Assembly: GCF_036321535.1 (NCBI RefSeq)
Contig: NC_087442.1
Coordinates: 31,186,001-31,250,000 of the forward strand
From: Camelus dromedarius
Taxonomy: Eukaryota
Length of the DNA stretch: 64,000 bases
Reading direction: 5' to 3'
The notes beneath the pieces are model-generated. The model searched no databases. It saw only the letters and a program-made list of their open reading frames with translations, and was not told the DNA's origin. Below are positions 53,501 through 64,000 of this stretch, one piece after another. Made by a program: the position numbers and the translations under genes. Every line of letters begins with the position of its first letter. Position 1 is the stretch's first letter.

Positions 53501-53754
53501 CGTAGTTAGTGGAGTCAGGAGGATGAGCTTTCTGATAAAGGAACTTGTGGTGGAAAAGTCTAGAGTGACTGACTGGGACTGAAATGGGCAGAGGAAGAAT
53601 GAGATGAAGAGACAGGGCTTCATTGACAAGTGGTCCTGACGAGCAGAGGTTGGGGGTGGGAGTGATATCCATCGATAGTATTAATTCATGAGAGAAAACA
53701 CTCCTCTTTTCCTCCAGTTGTCAACACATGATTGATCATCAATATTAAAAACAG

Positions 53755-54152
53755 TGTCATTGAACTGTGTGTCCCCAAATTCCTATGTTGGAAGCCCTAG
53801 ATCGCAGTACCGCAGGATGTGACTGTATTTGTAAGCAGGGCCTTAAAGAGCTAATGAAGTTTAAATTAGGCCTCAGGGTGTCTCCTTATCTGATTTCCCT
53901 GATATTCTTATAAGAAGAGGATTGTGAATGCACAGAGACACTAGCAGTGTGCGGGCACAGAGGGACAACCCTGTGAAGACACAACAAGAATGCAGGTGTC
54001 TGCAAGCCAAAGAGAGAGAGGCTTCAGAGGAAACCAACCCTGCCAGCGCTTTGACCTGGAACCTCTAGCCTCCAGAACTGTGTGAAAACAAATTTCTTTT
54101 GTTAAAGCCCCCAAGTCTATGTCTTTTGTATGAGAGCCCTAGAAAACTAACA
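53755..54152 (+). mobile_element. MLT1A/B-like solo LTR
   Basis: tgtcattgaactgtgtgtcccc...cttataagaagagga...gaggaaaccaaccctgcc...gcctccagaactgtgtgaaaac...gccctagaaaactaaca. Confidence 0.9.
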
Positions 54153-55569
54153 CGGACAATTTAAAAGTAATGAAATGATAAACATCTGAAATGCTAAGAA
54201 TAGACTTTATTGAATTGCCAATGCAACTTGTCTTGACCTAAATAATCTTCCTAAAGCTTTTCAGGTCATAACAGTCAAAACACTCTTTTGTGGAGTAAGC
54301 ACAAGCCATTGCTCAACTTCATTATTTGTTGCCTACCCCTTACTTAGTAAACTGTACCCAACTTTCAAGTTCCACTGAAGTCCTTCTCCTACAGGAAGTC
54401 TTCCTGAATCACCCAAATGCTCAGTGATCCTTCCTGTACCTGAGCCCACAGGACTAGTCATCTATGTCATCAAATTGGCTCCCAGTCATAAACTGACCTT
54501 TGACATTTCAAATATTGTTGCCACATCCCAATTTCACTTTCTGTATATTTTAATCTTGCTTCTGTCACCAAACTATAAACTCCTTTGGCACAGGGACCAC
54601 GACTATTAATTTTCTGTGTCTCCTATAATCTCTGACAAAGTTCTTCCAGAAATATTGATTGATAAGTCATTAAAGGGTTTCTACAGACACTATCATATGT
54701 TGTACCTGAGTTTAATTAAATCTCAAAAGATCAAAGACAGGATTGAAAGATATTCTTTCTATAATGACTGTGTCACAATCAGCTAGCAGCATTTTAACAT
54801 TGATGAGCCGTCACAAGTGACTCTGAGACCTGTAAATGGTTATTTTCTAATTTCAAGTGAGGTTAAAAAGATGATGGAGAAAGAAAATACCTTCAAGGTT
54901 ATGGTTAATGACCCTTTTTTACCTGGACACACTCTAGTGGGCAGAAAGAAAGCATCTCCTACAAACAATATGGTAAGTGGTGTTAATAACGAGATTTAAA
55001 ACTTCAAAATCTGCTTAATTAGACCCTATTCTAGTACCACTTGATAAAGTTGTGTTGGAGAAACACTGTCATTGAACATTTTCAGATGACATAATTCGTC
55101 ACAGCTCAGCAAGTCATAACATTAGCTAAAAAAAAAATCCTAGGATTAAGTCACCATATTTTATTGAACATAAGGTAGAACTGAATTATTCTTATCCTGA
55201 TTTTAAATGATTTTCCCACACATCTCTGTTTTTGTGGTGTGATTAAACATAGGATGATGGCCAAGACAAAATAAGGTAATTTTTCAGGGATCAAAGAAGA
55301 TGAGATAGAAGATAATGAGTCAAATTTTGAAGATCTGCCTATAGAATATTCTTTAGATGTTTTTTAAAGAGAGGTGTATCATATGTGAACAGTGTCAAGA
55401 ACTGGCCCTCGATTTAAAAATTAGCAGAAGTTGTCTTCCATGCAACATATGAGCTACTGTTCACCCTGTGTAGTTTCCTTTTAAGTTTGCCTTAATTACA
55501 AAGTTTTGGGGAAGGAAAGAAGGGACTGAAAGAGTGTCATTCTTGACCAAGTTTTACCTTTTTGTTCTC

Positions 55570-55991
55570 TGTAGCAGTTAGCTATTGCTGTGTAACAATA
55601 AAAGAAGCAAAAACACAAATCTCTCTCAGTCTTATACAGCAATAAATATTTATTCACATCCAGACCAGCTGAGGGACAATGGATCTAGACAGGCTGACCT
55701 GGATTGAATGGCTTTGCCCTTAGCTGGATTGCCCATGCATCTCTCTTTCCCTTGGGTGGCCCACTATGTCCTCATGGCAATGGCAAGGAGGACAAACCTG
55801 GTCACATCTGTGTTTCTCACACTTCTGCTTATGTCATATCTGCTAACATCCTTGACAGAGCAAGTCAGGTGACTGCACCCTAAATCTATGGCCAGGGACT
55901 TCAGCTGTAGTAGGAGGAGCTTCAAAGTTAACATGCAAAGGGAGTAGATATGGGAGAGATAACAAACTGAGGAATTATTCCAATCTACCAC
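55570..55991 (-). mobile_element. MLT1 (G/H/K-like) solo LTR
   Basis: Begins tgtagcagttagctattgctgtgtaacaa, contains tctgctaacatccttgacagagcaagtc and ends caatctaccaca. Confidence 0.8.
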
Positions 55992-56518
55992 ACTTTTACT
56001 GTCTTCAATTCTTTATTAATCCATCTATTAAAAATTTGCTGATATTGTGAACATCTGTCATAGTCAAAGGTGACTTCCCCTTTTATTTGCCCATCATTTT
56101 GTAAACAGCTTTCCTATATTATCAGGGAAATGTCCACAATGTGAGTGAGCCCTACCTCCCTAGTGTACAGATGAGTATTCAAATTCCCATTGGATGAACA
56201 GATAAAGAAGGTACTGCCTATGCCACAAGCCCCCATCTCACTAGCCCTGGGGGGCAGAGAAGACGTGGGTGGTGGCAGCTAAGAAGCAGTGGTTGCCATG
56301 GTGAAGTACTCATGGAGAAGCTGCACTGGGACTGTGGCAGTAGCAGTAGTAAATGCAATAAAGATAAATTCCTGGCATTCATTTTTTTTTTTCTTATTTC
56401 ACATTTTTTTTTTCACTTCTTTATAAAACAGTCATCTCCTCACTACCAACTCCCACCCCTAGAGAGGGGGAGGGGAGTGGTGGAGGTTGGGCACCTCTAA
56501 AGAAAAGGGGATGGGGGA

Positions 56519-57681
56519 TTTATTTATTTTTTATTATGGGAGGAACTTGCAACATGAGATCTACCCTTTTAACAAATATTTAAGTGCACACTACGGCACT
56601 GGTAGCCACTGGCACTGCTGTACAACAGTCCTGAGAATGCATTCATTTTTCATAAAGGAAGCTTCATACCCACTGAACAACTCCCTATTCCCCCTTCCCC
56701 CGGCCCTGGNNNNNNNNNNNNNNNNNNNNNNNNNNNNNNNNNNNNNNNNNNNNNNNNNNNNNNNNNNNNNNNNNNNNNNNNNNNNNNNNNNNNNNNNNNN
56801 NNNNNNNNNNNNNNNNNNNNNNNNNNNNNNNNNNNNNNNNNNNNNNNNNNNNNNNNNNNNNNNNNNNNNNNNNNNNNNNNNNNTCCATTCTAAGTATATG
56901 CCACATTTTATTTATCCATTCATCTGTTAGTGGACATTTATGTTGTCTCCACATCTTGGCTGTTATGAATGACGCTGCAATGAACATGGGAGTTCATATA
57001 GCTCCTCGAGATCTTAATTTCAATTCTTTTGGATATATAATCAGAAGTGGTATTCCTGGATCACATGATGATTCTACTTGTAATTCTTTGAGGAATTGCC
57101 ATCCTACTTTCCACAGCAGCTGCACTGTTTTACTTTCCCACCAATAGTATACAAGGGTTCCAATTTCTCTACATCCTGCCACTTGTTATCTTTTNNNNNN
57201 NNNNNNNNNNNNNNNNNNNNNNNNNNNNNNNNNNNNNNNNNNNNNNNNNNNNNNNNNNNNNNNNNNNNNNNNNNNNNNNNNNNNNNNNNNNNNNNNNNNN
57301 NNNNNNNNNNNNNNNNNNNNNNNNNNNNNNNNNNNNNNNNNNNNNNNNNNNNNNNNNNNNNNTTTTATTGGGTTACTTGGGGTTTTGCTACTGAGTTGTA
57401 GAAATTCCTTATATTTTTTGGATATTAATCACTTATCAGATGCATGGTTCAGTCTCTTCAAAAAATGGCACTGGGAAAACTGGATATCTATGAGCAGAAG
57501 AAGGAAATTGGATGCTTATCTTAATCTGTACACAAAAATCAACTCAAAGTGGATTAAAGATTTAAACCTAAGACTTTGAACAGTAAAACTCCTAACAGAA
57601 GACATAGGGGGAAAGCTTCCTGATATTGGGCTTGCTAATGATTTCTTGGATCTAACACTAAAAGCACAAGCAACAAAAGCA
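56519..57681 (-). mobile_element. L1MA8/9-like element with 5' inversion (N-runs at 56710-56883 and 57195-57362)
   Basis: 56519-57449 is the ORF2 C-terminus plus 3' UTR and tail on the minus strand. 57450-57681 is the adjacent upstream ORF2 segment on the plus strand ([11 protein letters not shown]...[11 protein letters not shown]...KAQATKA). Confidence 0.85.
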
Positions 57682-58464
57682 TATAAGATACCTGGCTCTC
57701 ACCATTCGGCCTTAGTGGTAGTAACTTCCTCACCAGGCCAATTCTGCGTTAGGAACTTGGGGATGCTTCTCTTGCCTTTTCAAAGTTTCCATGAGCTCTC
57801 TAGAATTCTTTCTGTTTGAAATAGAGTGGATTCTGTGAACACTGACTGTTACTCTGAGCAGCTACTTCATGGAGAGCAATTAACTAGACTTTGCGGAGGT
57901 ATCAGGATTCTTTGGGTGCAAGCAGCAGGGATCTGAATTTACTCAAAGGCTCTGGGGTAGCTGACAGAGTGATGGAATGTCAGCTAAAGAACTAGGCTTG
58001 CAAAGGAAAGGATTTAGGGAATTTCTGAGTGTTCAGACAGTAAAAACTCAGGGCACCAACACTTGGATTATTACCTCTAAACTTATTTTTCTATACTTAC
58101 ATCATTCTGCTGAAAACTCGGTTTTGGAATATAGAATGCAACTAGCTTAGCTTTGATCTCATGTCCATTCCTTGAATAGAGGAGGGAAAGAAACCTTTAT
58201 TGATATCTGTCCCAAGATTTCACCAAGATGGGATACTGGTGATTCCTCAAAAAGAAACGGGGATGCTTTATTGAAAGAAGAGGAAATGACCACTATGTGG
58301 CTAAAAACAAAATCAAAACAACAGCAACAAGCAAACAAACTAAAAAAGCCTCAAAGCAAAACAAAACTGAAAGCAGGAAAAACAAACCAAAACTACTACA
58401 GATCAAGGATAAGACTTTGTATTTGTTTCTGGAAAGTTTCAATTTTAGTAGAAAAGATTATACA

Positions 58465-58647
58465 CTCAATCTTCGTTTATTATTCAATAATAAAAACACC
58501 AGTCATTAGATTCAGAGTCCACCCTAAATCAGTTATGACCTCAACTAACTCATCTGATTATATCTGTAAAGGTCCTGTTTCCCAGTAAGGTCACAGTCAA
58601 GTTCTGGGTACACATGAATTCTCAGAGGACACTATTCAAGTTACTAC
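58465..58647 (-). mobile_element. MLT1A/C-like LTR fragment
   Basis: cattagattcagagtccaccctaaatc...ctgtttcccagtaaggtcacag...ggacactattcaagttactaca. Confidence 0.7.
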
Positions 58648-61600
58648 AATAACCTCAGACTTTAGAATAAGTTTAGACTTCCACCTCAGGTGAAAATCAG
58701 CCCTCCTTCCCCACATCTTTTTCTCATACAGATGCAATATAAATGTATGATTTTAAGGTGATCTAAAATTATCTTGCAATATGGATATGCATGTGATAAT
58801 AAGAAAGTGTAGTATAACATTGGCATATCTTAATTCAGATATGAGAAAAGTATCTACTTTAGACATCTTTTCTCACACCCAATTCTTTGCTGTGCTGTAC
58901 TCTGAATATATGTATCTGAAAACTTCTATGTGGGCACTGCATGGTTAAATAAAGAATATATTCTCTGTATTAGCTTATCGGTGACATTACTTTTCAGACT
59001 ACATAGAAATTAAGTAAGCCTAGGGAGTGATTCTTCGTAGGCTCAGAAATTCTACCAAGCTTAGACAAATTAAGCTGTTTTCCACTGATTTACGTAAAGT
59101 GTAATTAACAAATTAATACATATGAAGATAATAGAAAGCACCAAGCAATAATGTAGTTTTGTTGTTTTTGAAAATTACTGAAAGTAATGGCAAAGCTAAT
59201 CTGCTATAAATTTCTTTTAATTAAATAGTGTTTGGAATAACAATTTTTTTCTCAGTTCAATCTGTCTCATACCATTCTTACAAGTTTTTCATTTTTACAT
59301 ACTCAAGAGTTTCCTAATACTGCTTCGATTTTCTGTATTGAATCATATTTATTCATTATAGAGTAATTGGACTATGGAGACAGAATAATGTTTTTGTAGG
59401 ACCTGTTGCTTTAAAACCAAAGCTATTTTCAAATGCTATATTTTTCATTTAAAATGTTAAACATTTCCATTGTATTAACCAGTCAGATACGTTTAGTGTG
59501 GTAAAAACTCATTGTTATAAGGCAAATCATAAAATGCCAGCAAACCTAGGCCACATACTTTATGACAGTGTTTATATGGAGAAGTATAAGCATATGTATT
59601 AATTTAGTATAATTTGTGTTAATACACATTAAGACTAGAGCATAAATATGAATACAATAATTAATCTATAGATAATAAAATGCTTTCTTAATTGTTTATT
59701 CAAATGTATCAAAAGACATGTGACAAAATAAGTCTTAGTGCACATTGTACATGTCACTTCCTGGGAGACTATGAGAACTTGAAAACCAAGACCTCTCAGG
59801 TGACACAACTTGTGAACTCCAATATTTAACAACTGCCATGTATTTAGCCACAGATGTACACTGCCTTCTTCTGTCTTACCCTGAGGCTCAGTTAGCCTTG
59901 GCCCTGTCAGGTGCGGGGGGGGGGGGTGCGGGGGGAGTGGTGTCTTAGCCAGATTAAATTGGACCTTCCTAGGATTTACAAAAACCATAAACAACTTTGG
60001 CTGGTCTCAGGTCTCCTGAGACTTCCAGGTCTGTCCCAGGATTGATCCAGCTCCCCCAGGGGCACTCCTCCTTCGGGGTTGACACCTGGGACCAGGGTAG
60101 CCTGCCTGCAACCACTCTGCAGGAGAGCGGCCCCCTCTGGCTCTCTCCAGAGGGCTGTCCTGCACTGTTTCCATCACACCCTGCTCCTGGAGCTGTGAAC
60201 TCCATGGCCCACGGTGTCGTGCAGAACAGTCGCTTCAAACCCTACACACTGTCTTAAATGCCAGAGATTTTTTTCCCCCCCATACAGATAACTAAATCAT
60301 CCTTCCTGGATAATAGTGGTTAGAGACTGAGATGGTAAGGTGACCATGCATAGAGTTAAATGGGCACCTGGAACATTAGCGAGAACATTTCTGATTAACT
60401 ATATCTACCATGAAATGCCTCTGACTTTGACCTGCACCAATAAATTCTCGTTTCTTTATAGCAAATGGAATCCCTGCACAGGTTGCCGGGTTTGTCCTCA
60501 ACCGCTCTGCTTCTTCCTTCAACTACAGAAAGGAATCTCTTTCTCTAGAAATGAGTCACAAAATTCCTCACTTACTTGAGGGTTAACAGTCACAGAAACA
60601 AGGGGAAAAAGAGAAAGCTATTTGTGTTCAATCTTGATTGCTCCTTCACCATCTCAGTATGAATTACAAAGATGCTCAGGCTCTGATCCTGGAAGATTTA
60701 CAATTCAAAGCAAAGGAAAATCATCTTCCTTTCCCTGTTTAAACGCACAAACAAAAAACAGTTCTAAACTACTCTCCCAGTGTTTTAATAAACAAGTAAT
60801 TAAACATAAACATCAAATATTTCATCTACCATTTCTTGGATTACCTTCTATGCCCTTGATTTTCTTTCACATTTTCCATCTCTTTCTCTGTCGCTTCCTC
60901 TCTTGTCTTCTACTCTGGGTGATCCGCTCAACTTTTTCTTTTTACCTTTTTCCTGATTTGTTTTTGCAATTTGTGTTTTAAGTTTTCATCAACTCATTCT
61001 TATTCTCTGATTCTTTTCCTTAGCAGCCTGTTCTTGTTATATGGGTACTATATATTCTTTAATCTCTATAAAACAGTAATTATGTTTTTTTAAAAACATG
61101 TTATATTTTCTTCCCTAAATTATACATTTTTCCAGTGTCTGTTGTTTTGATTTACTCTCGTTCTTTCTCTTTTATGCTGCCAGTTGTCCTCAAGTGATTG
61201 TTTATGCATGGTTTTGCCTTCATGCACCTGAATGAAGGAGCAGATGACCAATCTTACATCACCGTCACTAGGTTTCTGTATCTGACTTGTGCTTTTCTTT
61301 TAAACAGAGAAATGACTGCTAATTCTGGGTGTGTGGGGACCAACAGACTTCACCTGGGGTGCATGGATGCCTTCCCCGCTAGCCACTGTTAATACGAGGA
61401 AGGCCCTGACCCAAAATGGTAGCTCCCACACCAGCCTCCCTGGGAGACCACCTGATGTCTTTAGAAAGCAGTAGCCTCCAAAAGGGGCCGATTTCACTTC
61501 AGAGAACACAGGTTGTTCTGCTGAGGTAACTGGAGAAAACAGGCACACCCTCCAAGCAGACAGTCTCACTGATTGCTAGTTTCCAGCAAAATGCCTCTTT

Positions 61601-64000
61601 TAATACCCAATCTTCACAGAACATTTGTATCTCTCAATACAACCATTTTTGGCCAACATTTTACAGAAAAAAAATATATTTAAGTCCTCCTAACTCAATA
61701 CATTTTAAACCAAATGATGGAAATGTCTTGAGATATATCTGAATATAATGGGTTAAATCTCAGAATCACACATAGAAGTTTTTTAAAAAGCTTTCAAGTG
61801 TCAACAAAGGTGTGTGTCCACTGTGAAGTTCAGAGCACACGTTACTGTTCTAAAAGCAGCTGTCTGTTAGTAACTACGTTTTTTCAGATATTTCAGCCTT
61901 TTACATTTTAAGAATATTACCTATAGGTAGTTAACTGTATTTTCGTCACATTTTAGGAAATTAATTGGGAGTTTGGAGTTGACACATTATAATTATTCTC
62001 AGTTAAACAAGGAGATTATGCTCATGATTAATATTTTCACGTGGAATGTCTAATTTTTCAGAAATGGATTCTAATGTTAATTGAAAGAGGCCTGTATTAG
62101 AATTTCTATTTGGAATTCTTTCTCATACTTTTTAAGAATTTCTATTTTATGTTTTCTACTGTAGATGATCTATCTGTAGAGCATACAAATAGGTAATTCA
62201 GAAAAATAAATAACAATATATCTGTGACCTAGACTGAGAAAGTGAATTTTCTAAAAGTTGTGTGATAGAAATGGGTGGTAGATTATTATGCCTGAGGGTA
62301 TCTTTCTGATCCCAACCTGGAGCCAACAGCACTACGGTAGAAGCAGGCTGAGAGGTGAGTGTGGGTGATACGGGCCACTGCAGACACTCTGTAGTTAAGG
62401 TGTCAGTCCATTGTCACGGTTTCTGCCCCTTCTCCCAATCCTGCTCTAACCTGCCAACTTGGGGAAACTCTGCTGTGAAAAATTGCTTTTGCTCCCTCTG
62501 CCCCATCTCTATGGTTCTCTCCATTCTGACTTATGCCTCATTATAACTTTGACGAGATACTCAGTTTTCGATAGCTATTTCCATCCCACTCCCCTCCTTC
62601 GATCCTGAATTTTAGTGTGTTTATGAATTTATTATTCTCTGGGCTTCTTTAATGTCATTCTAGGTGTTTGGGGGACAGAGAAGAGATAGTCAGTTGTCTC
62701 AGTCCCCTCCTCAAGGCAGACATCCTTGACTCCGGAAAGTTCGGCGTGGACACAGCCTGTTTCAGAGACCATGAACCTGGAATGGCACCAGGAGTGCACA
62801 TCCAAAGGGCCAGAAAGGCTCCTCCCCACAGCACTCTCTTCCTAATTTGGAGGCATCATTAATGTCAGAATTACGTTCACCAGAACTTTCCTTTAAGTTG
62901 AGGCAAAATTTCTACTCTGAGGATAGGCTGCTGAATTTACAAGTAGTAATTCTCTTATCCCAAATAATTTTTTTTTTTAAACAAAGTCAGCCCACTGCCA
63001 AGAGCAGTACATTTGTGGAAATAGGGGTGATCTGTAAATTCTATGCACATCCAATTTAGGAGTATCCTTCAACCTAAAGATTTCACCCCAATACTTCAGG
63101 AATCATCACAAGGAACCAGAGAGAAAAAACAAGGATGCCAGTGGAGCAGGCAGATCTGTGTCGGTTGCAGTGAAAAATAATCAGGAATCATGCCATTTTT
63201 GCCTCCCTCATCAGGATCCCAGAAGAAAGAGATGGTGCCCATTTTTAAACTAAAATCTACAGCTCAAAACCTCTTCCTGTAGCTGAATTCCCACCCCAGT
63301 GTTTATTTGTGTAGACACAACCTGAATGACCTGATTCATCTGTGATTCATTTCATTTGAACGACTGCATAATCATACTACAAGAATAGAGCCTTGAGGGG
63401 TTAAAAGGCGAGTGGAGAATGTGGGGGAGTCACAGCTAATTTCAATGTAAGACGGGCAATTAAATCAAGAATGACTTGGTCAGCAGAACTGCACGGAAAG
63501 ACAAGTGACTTACAAATAGAATTTCAAGGTGGGGAAAGCTAAGGACAAAATCTCTCCTCCTGTAACTGCATTCTAGATGATAATTTGACAAAGGCACGAG
63601 GGTCCAAAAATTACAGAGGAGAAAATGTCTAAACTTTAGCGCAATGTCTAATTACAATAAGAGAATGCAATAAAATATTCCAGAATCCAAAAAAATACAT
63701 GTAGAGAATAAAAATCAGGGAAAATTATTCCAGTTCTAATCAGATATTAATGAGACCACAGTAGAAATACCACCCTTGTTCAAGCAAAGGAAACTCAAAG
63801 AAATGAGAGAGGAAAACTTTGACCCGCCATATGATTCAAATAATTGGGGGATCTAGTCACATTAAAAATAAAGACCACAATTCTTTTTCATGGAGAGCAT
63901 CAAATGAAGGTATGGTAGAACCTGTCAAAGCAGAAAATACAGACTGTGGGGTTAATGGACCATGTTTCAAACCATGGTTCTGGATTCATCACAACCCAAG

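Noticed and set aside
56685-57579. ORFs with protein-like sequence (MFIAASFITAK..., [11 protein letters not shown]...)
   Set aside because: They are degraded L1 ORF2, not a host gene.
58101-58109. Possible 9-nt microexon on the minus strand (tttcag|CAGAATGAT|gtaagt)
   Set aside because: It lies within probable MLT-derived sequence with a poor upstream pyrimidine tract and no independent support.
63514-63538. Possible upstream exon (ag|CTTTCCCCACCTTGAAATTCTATTT|gtaagt) whose phase would fit the 46923 acceptor, giving FPTLKFYF
   Set aside because: The acceptor is weak and ambiguous, and a phase match has a one-in-three chance. The resemblance to thioredoxin-fold xPTLKF motifs is too short to trust.
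1-64000. CRISPR arrays, operons, defence systems or other prokaryotic-type novelty
   Set aside because: The window is mammalian intronic DNA. I saw no regularly spaced repeat-spacer array, long gene-like ORFs or horizontally acquired segment.

Overview
This is AT-rich, CpG-poor eutherian genomic DNA. It is probably from a camelid, inferred from a tRNA-derived SINE at 213-356 and the L1 3' tails. It is not prokaryotic: I see no CRISPR array, rRNA or operon. Most of the window is intronic sequence containing old interspersed repeats (L1, L2, MIR, MLT1 LTRs, MER20, MER33, Charlie) and seven N-runs. The main structure I can support is the 3' end of a spliced minus-strand gene. It has five small candidate exons (46803-46923, 32795-32865, 15457-15506, 10987-11040, 8367-8389) with GT-AG boundaries and matching phases. 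Joined, they give about 105 stop-free codons ending ...LLQAVADVHCNY*, followed by a likely 3' UTR of about 2 kb. I could not name the gene. None of these exons is evident from the ORF track, and nearly all listed ORFs look like chance, repeat-derived or N-gap artefacts. Other points of interest are a degraded Tc1-like transposase (about 17500-18150), a 5'-inverted (twin-primed) L1, and a candidate alternative last exon near 2087. I found no convincing novel biological system. All repeat family names come from recalled consensus sequences, not from a database search.
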